From Methanobacteriota archaeon (GTDB lineage: Archaea; Thermoplasmatota; Thermoplasmata; RBG-16-68-12; JAJISG01): 64,000 nucleotides of DNA. The position numbers and the translations under genes are program-made. Within the stretch, counting starts at the first letter, position 1, and each line of letters starts with the position of its first letter. Below the pieces are notes generated by a model. It saw nothing but the letters and a program-made list of their open reading frames with translations, searched no databases and was not told the origin of the DNA. The DNA lies in assembly GCA_030594205.1 (NCBI GenBank), contig JAUVFR010000001.1, positions 71,870-135,869 on the forward strand, written 5' to 3'. Shown piece by piece: positions 18,571 to 27,678 of this stretch.

Positions 18571-19613
18571 GCTTCTCGGATGGCCTGACTCAGGCCTTCG
18601 AGGCCCGCGGTCACGGTATCCGTGTCCGTGCCGTAGCACAGGCGAAAGTGGTCTGGGGCGCCGAACATCCTCCCCGGGGCGACGAGAACTCCGTATTCCT
18701 CGAAGGCCACAGAGGCAAGCCGGTCGACGTCCCCGCGATACCGAGGGAAGCTCACGTTGGCATCCGGGAGTACCCATTCGACTGCGGACTCCGCCTGGAT
18801 CCATTCCGCGACCAGCCGACGATTTGTGGCCATGAGACGCTGGTTGCGCCGTCGCACGGCTTTTCTGTCGGTGAGTACGCGCACGCCTACGGCGTCGCTC
18901 AGGAGGGAAGGGGCGACGCTGGTGAAGTCCTTCGCCTGGTGGAGGGCCGCCAAGAGATCCAGGACCGCCATGCACCAGCCGAGGCGCAGACCGCCCAGAC
19001 CGTACACCTTGGTGACGCTGGAGGTTATGATGAATCGGTCGCTCACCGTAAGGGCACTCGGTGGCGGCTCGTCGAGGGCGGCCTCCCTGAAGATCTCGTC
19101 CATGAGGATGGGAAAATCACCCTGCTCCGCGACCTCCGCAAGGCGGGCCAAGTCGTCCACGCCGAGGCGGGTCCCCCCGGGATTGTGGAGGTTGGTCAGG
19201 ACGAGCAGGCGAGGTGGGTGGTCTCCAAGGGCCTCCACTGCCTCCCAGTCCGGTTGAAATCCGCTCTCGAAGGGACGAGGAAGGAAGCTGATTTCCGCCC
19301 CGAGCAGCTGGAAGGTCTTCCAGAGGGGCTCGTAGCCGGGTCGCTCGACGACCACGCGGTCCCCTCGCTCCAGAAGGGCCAACCCCACCAGGAGATTTGC
19401 CTCACTGGCGCCCGCCGTTGCGAGGACCTGGTCCGCAGGCACCCCCGAGAGTCTCGCAATCTGCGCCCGCAATTCGGGGGATCCTGCGAGGTGGGGTTCG
19501 ACGTGCTCCAAGTTAGCCAGGACGTTTCCCGACTCGACCGGAACGGGGGGAAGGTTACTCGAGGAGAGGTCGTACTTGGTTCTCGGAAGCCGGTCGACGA
19601 TGTAGTGGAGCAG
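18567..19613 (-). CDS. PLP-dependent aminotransferase class I/II; start uncertain
   Basis: KYDLSSS upstream of the ORF-track start; TAGASEA, TNLHNPGG, DEIFR, SVTKVYGLGGLRLGW, HFRL. Confidence 0.88.
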   Translation of the reverse strand: MLHYIVDRLPRTKYDLSSSNLPPVPVESGNVLANLEHVEPHLAGSPELRAQIARLSGVPADQVLATAGASEANLLVGLALLERGDRVVVERPGYEPLWKTFQLLGAEISFLPRPFESGFQPDWEAVEALGDHPPRLLVLTNLHNPGGTRLGVDDLARLAEVAEQGDFPILMDEIFREAALDEPPPSALTVSDRFIITSSVTKVYGLGGLRLGWCMAVLDLLAALHQAKDFTSVAPSLLSDAVGVRVLTDRKAVRRRNQRLMATNRRLVAEWIQAESAVEWVLPDANVSFPRYRGDVDRLASVAFEEYGVLVAPGRMFGAPDHFRLCYGTDTDTVTAGLEGLSQAIREA

Positions 19614-19779
19614 ATCGAAGGTGGGCCCAGCCCTGGGGAGAAACCGGTTCCGGACCCTTAAGGCTCACGGGGCCAATCTTGCCTCAAATCGGTCATCTCT
19701 CAGCGTGCTCGCCGCCTCCGCAACCTTTACCGTTGCCGCGGGGATAGAGCGAGACTGCATCCCGTCAGGAGGTGGACCC

Positions 19780-20985
19780 ACGGAACGTTTCCACATCGCC
19801 GACGAGTCGGAGATCCTATCGGGTCGAACGACCGACGTGTATTTTCAACGGACGGAGGAGGTGCTCCGGGCCGAGGGGAAGGACGAGGAGCCTGTCGTGG
19901 CCGAAGTGACCACGGGCCAACTGCCTCAGAGGTGGCCTTGGGGGATCTTCTGCGGGCTCGAGGAGGCCGTAAATTTGCTCGAGGGGCGTCCTCTTGATTT
20001 GTACGCCCTGCCCGAGGGCACGCTCTTCAGCCCCCGAAGCCACGGAGGCGTCCGGGTCCCGGTCGCCGTGTTGGACGGCCCGTATGGAACCTTCGCCCGC
20101 TACGAGACGCCCTTGCTGGGCCTTCTCTGTCAGGCCACGGCCATCGCCACCAAGGCCGCGCGGGTGAAACGGGCTGCCGGGCCCCTCGAGGTCACGTCGT
20201 TCGGGGTCCGTCGCATGCATCCGGCCTTGGCGCCCATGATCGATCGGGCCGCCTACGTCGGGGGGTTGGACGCCGTTTCCAGCCTTCTCGGAGCGGATCT
20301 GATCGGGGAGGCACCTCGAGGCACGATGCCCCACGCCCTCACGATCGTCCTGGGCGGTCCTGAGGAAGCGTTCCGGGCCTACGACCGTCGGGTCGAGACG
20401 GGGGTTCCCCGGATCGCCCTCGTCGATACCTATCTGGACGAGGTGCGGGAAGCCCTCCTCGCTGCCGAATCCATTCCCGACCTCGCGGGGGTCCGCCTGG
20501 ACACGCCGGGGTCGCGGAGGGGCGACTTTCCCGAGATCGTCCGTCAAGTGCGCTGGGAGCTCGACCAGCGGGGGTACGAGGGCGTGAAGATTTACGCGTC
20601 GGGAGGTTTGGACGAAGAGAACATCCCTGATCTCGCCGCGGCAGGCGCCGTGGGGTTCGGCGTGGGTACCAGCGTCTCCGACGCGCCTACGATTAACTTC
20701 GCGCTGGATATCGTGGAAGTCGACGGTCGCCCGGCCGCGAAACGGGGGAAGTACAGCGGACGGAAGGACGTGTTCCGTTGCCCGACCGATCTCACGTACG
20801 AGGTCGGCTCATCCCCTCCCCCCTGCCCGCAGTGCCAGGGGACCATGGAGGGCGTCCTTGTCCAGTACCTCGAAGCAGGAAAGCTCGTCGCGGATCTTCC
20901 GAGTCCCCGGGAGATTCGAGAATCGGTCCTGGCCCAACTCAGCAGGCTGTCTGAATCTCAAGGGGAGCCTGAAAAGGTTGATTAG
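19780..20985 (+). CDS. pncB: Nicotinate phosphoribosyltransferase (archaeal type); start uncertain (ACG proposed)
   Basis: RFHIA..TTDVYF, SFGVRRMHP, GTMPHAL, VRLDTPGSRRG, ASGGLDE, FGVGT, AKRGK. Confidence 0.92.
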   Translation, partial: TERFHIADESEILSGRTTDVYFQRTEEVLRAEGKDEEPVVAEVTTGQLPQRWPWGIFCGLEEAVNLLEGRPLDLYALPEGTLFSPRSHGGVRVPVAVLDGPYGTFARYETPLLGLLCQATAIATKAARVKRAAGPLEVTSFGVRRMHPALAPMIDRAAYVGGLDAVSSLLGADLIGEAPRGTMPHALTIVLGGPEEAFRAYDRRVETGVPRIALVDTYLDEVREALLAAESIPDLAGVRLDTPGSRRGDFPEIVRQVRWELDQRGYEGVKIYASGGLDEENIPDLAAAGAVGFGVGTSVSDAPTINFALDIVEVDGRPAAKRGKYSGRKDVFRCPTDLTYEVGSSPPPCPQCQGTMEGVLVQYLEAGKLVADLPSPREIRESVLAQLSRLSESQGEPEKVD

Positions 20986-21011
20986 GGCCGGGACCTAGGC
21001 CAGGCGGCGCG

Positions 21012-21389
21012 ATGTCTGAGATACCCGAGGATCTCCGCTACACCAAGGAACACGAGTGGGTCCGACTTGAGGGAGAGCGGGCCGTCGTGGGGATTACTGA
21101 CCACGCTCAGAACGAGCTGACCGACGTGGTGTACGTGGAGCTGCCCAGCGTGGGTGACGGGTTTGCGGAGGGGCAGGAGTTTGCCGTGGTCGAGTCCGTC
21201 AAGGCCGCGTCCGAGATCTATGCCCCCGTCTCCGGGACCGTGGCCGAGGTGAACAAGGAGCTGGACGACCGGCCGGAGCTGGTCAACGACTCTCCCTACG
21301 AGGCGGGATGGCTCGTCATTTTTGATCTCAAGGAGAAGGCCAAAGGCCTCCTCACGGCCGGGGAGTACCGGGACCTCGTAGGTGGGTAG
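21012..21389 (+). CDS. gcvH: Glycine cleavage H protein / lipoyl carrier
   Basis: LRYTKEHEW, GITDHAQ, VESVKAASEIYAPVSG, SPYEAGW. Confidence 0.93.
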   Translation: MSEIPEDLRYTKEHEWVRLEGERAVVGITDHAQNELTDVVYVELPSVGDGFAEGQEFAVVESVKAASEIYAPVSGTVAEVNKELDDRPELVNDSPYEAGWLVIFDLKEKAKGLLTAGEYRDLVGG

Positions 21390-21501
21390 GCCTCCAGACC
21401 GGGGAAGAGCAGGAATCGGCGGTCCAAAGAGAGTCCGTAGGCCTCGTGGGTTGATTCGAGGGAGCGGCGCCCCCGTAGTCCTCCTAGGCTTGATGAAAGG
21501 C

Positions 21502-21516
21502 CGAAAGGGATATATC
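21502..21516 (+). promoter_or_regulatory. BRE/TATA-like promoter for the ino1 operon
   Basis: CGAAAGG followed by GATATATC about 80 nt upstream of the ino1 ATG. Confidence 0.5.
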
Positions 21517-21595
21517 GCGCGACCCAGTAGTAAGAGGTCCGGCCGCGCACGTCTTTTGCGGGCATTGCCGTGTTTAGCGTGGGGGGGCGAGAGGT

Positions 21596-22750
21596 ATGAG
21601 CATGAGCAAAATTCACATTGCGATAGCTGGTGTGGGTAACTGTGCGAGTTCCCTTCTCCAAGGAATCGAATTCTACAGAACCTCAGGCGACGATCCCATC
21701 GGCCTGATGCACGACGAGGTGCGGGGCTATCGCGTGGAGGACTTGGAAGTGGTGGCCGCCTTCGACGTGGATGCTCGCAAGGTCGGCCGGGACGTGTCAG
21801 AGGCCATCTTTGCTCCTCCAAATTGCACCAAGGTCTTCTATCCCGAAGTCCCCGATTCCGGCGTAACGGTGAACATGGGTCCGGTCCTCGACGGCGTGGG
21901 CGAGCATATGGCGGATTACCCCGAGGACCGCACGTTCAAGGTCGCCGATGCCCCACCGGTGGATGTGGCCGAGACACTCCAGGAAAGCGGGGCCGAGGTC
22001 CTACTCAACTACCTTCCGGTGGGAAGCGAGAAGGCGACACGATACTACGCGGAGAGCGCGCTGGAGGCCGGATGCGCCCTCGTCAACTGCATCCCCGTGT
22101 TCATCGCCTCCGATCCCCACTGGGCCCGCCGCTTTGAACGCGCGGGGGTCCCCGTCGTGGGCGACGACATCAAGTCTCAGGTTGGGGCCACCGTCATTCA
22201 CAGGATCCTGGCGAAGCTCTTCGTGGATCGTGGGGCGAGCATCGACAGGACGTATCAGCTCAACACAGGTGGCAACACCGATTTCTTGAATATGCTCGAC
22301 CGGGCGAGGCTGACGTCGAAGAAGGTCTCGAAGACGGAGGCCGTGCAGGCGCAACTGCCCGTCCCTCTGGACGCCGAGAACATCCACATCGGGCCCTCCG
22401 ACTACGTCCCGTGGCAGAAGGACAACAAGCTGTGCTTCCTGCGGGTCGAGGGGAGGATATGGGGGAACATCCCCGTCGACCTGGAGCTCCGCCTCTCGGT
22501 GGAGGACAGCCCCAACAGCGCCGGGAGCGCCATCGACGCCATTCGCTGTGCGAAGGTCGGACTCGATGAGGGCCTGGGAGGTCCTCTCGAGGCGGTGTCA
22601 GCGTATACCATGAAACACCCTCCGATCCAGATGCCCGAGGAGGAGGCTCGGAGGCGGGTGGAGGAGTTTGTCGCGGGTCAGATAGCGGGGGTGACGGATG
22701 AGGGCGTTGGTCTTAGCAGCTGGGAGAGGGAGGAGGTTATCGAACGGTGA
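21596..22750 (+). CDS. ino1: Myo-inositol-1-phosphate synthase
   Basis: GVGNCASSL, NYLPVGS, GDDIKSQVGAT, QLNTGGNTDF, SKKVSKT, EDSPNSAG. Confidence 0.95.
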   Translation: MSMSKIHIAIAGVGNCASSLLQGIEFYRTSGDDPIGLMHDEVRGYRVEDLEVVAAFDVDARKVGRDVSEAIFAPPNCTKVFYPEVPDSGVTVNMGPVLDGVGEHMADYPEDRTFKVADAPPVDVAETLQESGAEVLLNYLPVGSEKATRYYAESALEAGCALVNCIPVFIASDPHWARRFERAGVPVVGDDIKSQVGATVIHRILAKLFVDRGASIDRTYQLNTGGNTDFLNMLDRARLTSKKVSKTEAVQAQLPVPLDAENIHIGPSDYVPWQKDNKLCFLRVEGRIWGNIPVDLELRLSVEDSPNSAGSAIDAIRCAKVGLDEGLGGPLEAVSAYTMKHPPIQMPEEEARRRVEEFVAGQIAGVTDEGVGLSSWEREEVIER

Positions 22751-23996
22751 CGGCCCGAAGGCCCTGGTCCGTTTGCTCGGCCTCCCGCTCATCACCCGAG
22801 TAATCCTCACCGCCAGGCAGGCAGGGATCCGGGACTTCACCGTCGTCGTCGGCTACCAGGCCCAGGTCGTGATGGAGTCCCTCGGCGACGGCTCCTCCCT
22901 GGGCATCAAGCTCGCCTATGTCCAAAACGAGGCGTGGGAGAGGGGAAACGGTCTCTCCGTTCTGAAGGGGGCACAACAGTTCGGCGAGGAGCGCTTCCTC
23001 CTGTTGATGGCCGACCACGTCCTCAAGCCCGAGATTGTGGCCAGGCTTTCCCGATCGAGAGTCCAGGGGGGCGTTGCCATGGCGGTCGACACCTCCCCCG
23101 GGGAGGAAAAGGTCGCGGAGGCAACCAAGGTATTCGTGGAGAATCGACGCGTCCGACGCGTGGGAAAGGGCCTCGCCACGTTCACCGGAGTCGACATGGG
23201 GGTCATGGCGGGCGGAAAGGAGTTGGCCCGGGCCTTGCAGGCGGCGATCGATGAGGGCCGGGAGGAGCTCGGCGACGCCCTTGACCAGCTGGCCCGCGAT
23301 GGAAAGGTGCGGGCCGTGGAGTTCAAGGGCCCCCTCTGGGCGGACCTGGATACGCCACGGGATTTCCGGAGGGCCAGGAAGGACATGCTGCGTGACCTCG
23401 GCAAGTCCGAGGACGGCCCCGTGGCGAGGTACCTCAACCGTCCTCTCTCCACGCGGCTTTCCGCCCTGCTCGTGAAGACCCGTCTGACGCCGAACCAGAT
23501 GAGCATCTTTGTCCTCGGCCTCGCGTTCCTGGCCTCCTACTTCCTCTTCCTGGGAATCTATCCGTTCCTCCTCGTGGGGGGTATCCTGATCCAGCTCTCG
23601 TCCATCTTGGACGGAAGCGACGGGGAGATTGCCCGGCTGAAGTTCGTATCGACCCAAAAGGGGGGGTGGCTCGACTCCGTGGCAGACCGCTATGCGGATT
23701 TCATCTTCATTTCCGCGCTCGCCTACGGCCAGTGGGCTCTCGCCCCGGACCTCCGTTGGGGGTTCCTTGCCATCTTTGCCATCGTTGGATCCTTCGGCGT
23801 CAGTTACACTTCCGCCGCCTATTTCGCCTCCTTCAAGAGGGGCCATCCCCTCGGCCTCCAGCTCCCGGCGAAGCGGGACAGTCGACTGCTCATTTTGGCA
23901 GCCGCCGCGGTGATAGGGCTCCCCCTTTACGGCCTCCTTGCCGTCGGCGTGCTGGGCAACGCGGAGGTTATCAGAAGGCTCTTGACCTGGCGCTAG
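22698..23996 (+). CDS. Bifunctional inositol-1-phosphate cytidylyltransferase / DIPP synthase (IPCT/DIPPS)
   Basis: N-terminal NTP transferase LAAGRGRRL..PK, GNGLS, MADH; C-terminal CDP-alcohol phosphotransferase TPNQ, DGSDGEIAR..GGWLDSVADR; adjacent to ino1. Confidence 0.88.
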   Translation: MRALVLAAGRGRRLSNGDGPKALVRLLGLPLITRVILTARQAGIRDFTVVVGYQAQVVMESLGDGSSLGIKLAYVQNEAWERGNGLSVLKGAQQFGEERFLLLMADHVLKPEIVARLSRSRVQGGVAMAVDTSPGEEKVAEATKVFVENRRVRRVGKGLATFTGVDMGVMAGGKELARALQAAIDEGREELGDALDQLARDGKVRAVEFKGPLWADLDTPRDFRRARKDMLRDLGKSEDGPVARYLNRPLSTRLSALLVKTRLTPNQMSIFVLGLAFLASYFLFLGIYPFLLVGGILIQLSSILDGSDGEIARLKFVSTQKGGWLDSVADRYADFIFISALAYGQWALAPDLRWGFLAIFAIVGSFGVSYTSAAYFASFKRGHPLGLQLPAKRDSRLLILAAAAVIGLPLYGLLAVGVLGNAEVIRRLLTWR

Positions 23997-24364
23997 CGGG
24001 CCGCGTAGGGGCCACTGATTCATCCTCAGGACGATGTCATGATCCCACCTCACAGAGGCGGCCCCGCAAGCGTTGGCCATGGCGAACCTGACCCTTTCTC
24101 ATCACCGTTTGAGCGGAATGCCTATTGGATGGAGCGGCGGCGTGCTTCTTCCTGCTCCAAGGGCGTGATGTAGCCTGGCCCTTCAGGGGGAGGAAGTTGA
24201 AGTCTTCAACATCTATAAGCCGCGGTTCACGATGCCTGCTCCCGGGGCTCGTAGGTAGCGAACTGGGCCTTCGTCGCTGTCTTTTCTTCGCCGAATTGAG
24301 CGACCCGCTGCCAATCGTGGAAAGCTCCGAACGCTCCTGATCAATGAGCTTGGAAACAGGTCCA

Positions 24365-24556
24365 CTAGGATGAAGCCTCGTAAGCTCTCCTGGTAAGACA
24401 GTCAAAACATAGGCAATGCGCGCCAACCGTTTCACTCACGGCCTTGGTGAGAACCTCTCGGCACCAGCAATCATCACTCTGCACGCCACAGCCAAAGTCG
24501 ATGCCGCATTCAGGACACTTCACAAGCTCGCCAGGCTTCAAGGCTGGCTCCACCAT
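24365..24556 (-). CDS. Cysteine-rich CWC family small protein
   Basis: CPECGIDFGCG...CWC...CLCFDCL pattern. Confidence 0.7.
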   Translation of the reverse strand: MVEPALKPGELVKCPECGIDFGCGVQSDDCWCREVLTKAVSETVGAHCLCFDCLTRRAYEASS

Positions 24557-24737
24557 GCCTTCACGCCTCTCACGAGGGAGTTCCACATACGTGTCATGGT
24601 AATCCCCAAGCCGCCCCACAAGCGGATGCCACTCTAACGAAATTCTGATGGGCACTTCTGTACTAGTCTCTTTGGAAATCGATGCCGGGGTGTGTGGCTA
24701 TGACTGGTTCTAAGTAGGCTAAGGGAGTCTGGCCTAC

Positions 24738-24810
24738 GGGCTCGTAGGGTAGTGGACTATCCTTCCGGCCTTCGGAGCCGGGGACCTGGGTTCGAATCCC
24801 AGCGGGCCCG
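24738..24810 (+). tRNA. tRNA-Arg (anticodon TCG), no intron, CCA not encoded
   Basis: Acceptor GGGCTCG/CGGGCCC, D arm GGGT/ATCC, anticodon arm CCGGC-CTTCGGA-GCCGG, T arm CTGGG-TTCGAAT-CCCAG. Confidence 0.96.
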
Positions 24811-24815
24811 TCCTA
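24795..24815 (+). repeat. Left att-like direct repeat (tRNA 3' end)
   Basis: AATCCCAGCGGGCCCGTCCTA, identical to 28256-28276. Confidence 0.9.
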
Positions 24816-24838
24816 GACCAAAAACACTGCGCGCAGGA

Positions 24839-25717
24839 CTACTTTGGAATGAGAGAGGCCAGCATCTGATCTGCATGGTTGACTGCAAGAGAAACGTGGC
24901 CTTCCCCCGGAAACACCCGTAGGTGACTATTCCTGATCATTTCATTCATCAACTTCACCACCCCGAAGGCTGGGTCTTTGTCCCCATGCCAGAAGGTGAT
25001 TCTCTCCCCGCAGGTAATGCCCGATATGTCAAATCCCCAACGACCGGCGAAAGCACGCGCATCATGGAGGGCTGCGTTGATTCCGTGGGAGAATCCCTCC
25101 TTGGAAATCCTGATGTAGAAATCGAAAAACCTGTCGTCGTTGAAAAGCTCAAAGTCGGCAACCGGCATGCGATGCCGATTCCTGTTGATTTGTGACCGAA
25201 ACTCCTCCGGGTCCTCTATGAGCGACATTTGCTTCTTCAATCCCATTCCATAGATCCACGGTAATCTTGAGGCCAGAAACAATTGGGTTCGGAGCGATCG
25301 GTCCATTGTCTTGGTGCCGAGACCTGGAGGGCCAACCGTGCTGATGACACCGTATTGGTAGACCAGATCCCCAATTTCGTGGGCGCAGGCAAGGACGTGA
25401 GGCGCGCCGCCGGATATTCCAAGGAGGGAGAATTCATCGACATCAAGCGTTTCCGTCAGCTCCTTGATGTCCCGGGCCCAGCCCAATAGTGACCGTCTGG
25501 TGAAGGTGGAGTTCCCATACCCCGGGCGATCGGGAACAATCAAACGTAATCCGAGCTTTCTCGCAACTCGGGAGAACATCTCACCCTCAAGCCTGCAATT
25601 TCCGTGGCCATGCTGGTGTATCACTGGAAAACCCTGAAAATCGCCGAACTCCGCGTATGATACGTTCCGGCCGTCTCCGAGGGTAGTCGAACGATCCAAC
25701 ATCTCCGCGGCGGTCAT
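24839..25717 (-). CDS. Alpha/beta hydrolase
   Basis: HGHGNCR, PDRPGYG, nucleophile GISGG, WHGDKD, GEGH. Confidence 0.9.
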   Translation of the reverse strand: MTAAEMLDRSTTLGDGRNVSYAEFGDFQGFPVIHQHGHGNCRLEGEMFSRVARKLGLRLIVPDRPGYGNSTFTRRSLLGWARDIKELTETLDVDEFSLLGISGGAPHVLACAHEIGDLVYQYGVISTVGPPGLGTKTMDRSLRTQLFLASRLPWIYGMGLKKQMSLIEDPEEFRSQINRNRHRMPVADFELFNDDRFFDFYIRISKEGFSHGINAALHDARAFAGRWGFDISGITCGERITFWHGDKDPAFGVVKLMNEMIRNSHLRVFPGEGHVSLAVNHADQMLASLIPK

Positions 25718-25722
25718 ACCGC

Positions 25723-25987
25723 TCAGAGACCCTGTTTCTCAAGATCGCGGTTGATGTTCTCCATCCTCTCGGGAGTCAAATCCCAGTATCTCCAGAAGAC
25801 CAGGGCGGCAACGAGAAGGAATGCGGCGGGGATTAATCCAAAGTGGCTCATTATTCCCCATTTTGCGATCTCACTCTGGGTCGCAAGTGTCGCATCAAAT
25901 CTCACGAGATTATGCACGATTGCCGGCACCGTACCGCCTTGGCCCAGTCTTGCCGTCATTTGGCTTTTCCTTCATTTTCTCACTCAT
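25723..25987 (-). pseudogene. MFS/GPH-type transporter with most of the gene deleted
   Basis: SD + ATG (MSEKMKEKPNDGKTGPRRYG) joined out of frame to a last TM helix and tail (WGIMSHFGLIPAAFLLVAALVFWRYWDLTPE); TATA CTTATAAG at ~26042. Confidence 0.6.
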
Positions 25988-26103
25988 ACACCATCAACCT
26001 CTACTAAGCATGGCTATTGGCTGAGCATGCTAGATAGGATACTTATAAGCTTAATCGGCAACGAGACGGGCTTTCGACCTGGGTTATTTCAGAATGCGTT
26101 CGA

Positions 26104-27678
26104 CTACGCTATGAGGTTTCCCCGATTCAAAAGGTTAAGAGGGTCGATGCTCAGCTTCATAGACCGGACGGACCTCAATCCCTTCTCTCCGTACTGAGTA
26201 TACAATGCCGGTTTTCCTCTTAGGGTCTTCTTGCCCAATCCATGCTCGGCAGCGATTGACCCACCCAGAGAAACGACCTTCTCTGCGATCTCCGCCAACC
26301 GGGCCTTCGCAGTATCGGCCTGATGATCATTTCTGGGTAGGAGCGTGAGGTGGACGTGGGAGTCCCCCGCGTGGGCAAAGAAGACGTACCCGAGAGCATC
26401 CAGTGATTGGAGGCCGTCACGGACAAGAGATTCGAATTCGGCTCCAACTTCGAGCAAATGGTAAAACAGTTCACTGAAGCTCGTTTGAGGAACGGAGTAG
26501 TCGGTAGCCACGAGGGACTGATCATGAGAGCGGGTGAGGGAAAGAACGTGCTCGGGCACGCTGTGCCTTAGTTCTTTGTGATGTTCGATTTCAGCGTGGG
26601 TAAGGGCGACCGAAGTATCGAGGATTTCGAGTTCATCGAACCTGTTTTTCCACCATTCCAATGCTGGATAGAGTTCGGAACTGGAGCGTACATCTTGTTC
26701 CAACATTATGATAGAATGGGCAAGAGGCGGGATCCGCGGATCTACCTGCTTGACAATTCTGGTGGCTCGGTCATCAAGAAACTCCACTGACATTGGGACT
26801 GGGAAACTGTTTGTGCCGCGTTGTTCCTGTGCAACTCGGATGACGTCAAATGCTTGGTCTAAGTTCTTGCACATGACAAAGATGCTCGCTATCTCTTCTG
26901 GGGGTCGTGTCAAACGCAGGGTGACTTCGGAGATGACACCGAATATCCCGTTCGTGCCAATGAAAAGATCAATGGGATGACTGTTGTCCGTGATGACCGG
27001 TCCTGCAACATTCTTGGTGACTTGAGGCAATTCATAATCGGGGCGGGGGATCCTAATCTCCTCGCCGTGAGCAATCAGGATAATGTAGTCCTCTTCGACG
27101 TAATGAGGCCGGGCCTGGTCCCTCCGTAACACGATGCAGTGACCCGGGGGGATGATCACCCTAAGCCCCTGAACCCAGGGCCTGGTAGGGCCGAATTTGA
27201 AGGTTCTTGCTCCAGAGGCATTTGTGGCCACGTTACCCCCGATGAATGAACCCCTCTCAGTGGAATCGGGCGGATAAAACCAGTTGTGTTCCCGTGCAAA
27301 GTTCTGCACTGCTTTGAGGGTCATGGCAACTGGCAGGGTCAGATAGGCCAATTCTTCGTTTACCTCCTCGAAACGGAGATGGTAGGTGATGTCGGTGTCG
27401 GGATCGGTCCACTCACGTGAGGGTGCGGCGGCAATCTCCCTCATCTTGTCCGTCGCTATGATCCATCCCCCGAGTGGAACTCTGCCGCCCGATAGTCCGG
27501 TGCCCCCGCCGGAAACTGTAATTGGGATGCTTTGGGAATAGGCCTGAACGATGATTTCCAAAAGCTCGGTCTCTGTCCTCGGAAAAAGTATCTTGTCCGC
27601 GGTACCTCTGACCAGGCCGGATTCATCATTGAGGTAGCTCGAATATTCGGTGGATACCTCTTGATATTGCTCGATCAA
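26104..27678 (-). CDS. FAD-linked oxidoreductase, GlcD/D-lactate dehydrogenase family
   Basis: SGGGTGLSGG, YPPDST, IGGNVATNASGA, GTNGIFGVI, HAGDSHVH, AEHGLGK, DPLNLLNRG. Confidence 0.9.
   Translation of the reverse strand: MIEQYQEVSTEYSSYLNDESGLVRGTADKILFPRTETELLEIIVQAYSQSIPITVSGGGTGLSGGRVPLGGWIIATDKMREIAAAPSREWTDPDTDITYHLRFEEVNEELAYLTLPVAMTLKAVQNFAREHNWFYPPDSTERGSFIGGNVATNASGARTFKFGPTRPWVQGLRVIIPPGHCIVLRRDQARPHYVEEDYIILIAHGEEIRIPRPDYELPQVTKNVAGPVITDNSHPIDLFIGTNGIFGVISEVTLRLTRPPEEIASIFVMCKNLDQAFDVIRVAQEQRGTNSFPVPMSVEFLDDRATRIVKQVDPRIPPLAHSIIMLEQDVRSSSELYPALEWWKNRFDELEILDTSVALTHAEIEHHKELRHSVPEHVLSLTRSHDQSLVATDYSVPQTSFSELFYHLLEVGAEFESLVRDGLQSLDALGYVFFAHAGDSHVHLTLLPRNDHQADTAKARLAEIAEKVVSLGGSIAAEHGLGKKTLRGKPALYTQYGEKGLRSVRSMKLSIDPLNLLNRGNLIA

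Noticed and set aside
21012-21389. gcvH without gcvT/gcvP nearby
   Set aside because: Dispersed gcv genes are common in archaea; cannot be judged from one window
21488-21512. TTGATGAAAGGCCGAAAGG resembling a hammerhead core or a box C element
   Set aside because: No CUGAUGA, no closing stems and no nearby box D; better explained as the BRE/TATA region of ino1
22698-22750. 53-nt overlap of ino1 and IPCT/DIPPS
   Set aside because: Looks like a simple non-conserved C-terminal extension; the downstream gene has its own SD (GGGGGTG)
24037-24435. 132-aa ORF as a possible integrase or kinase remnant
   Set aside because: No convincing catalytic motifs in any frame
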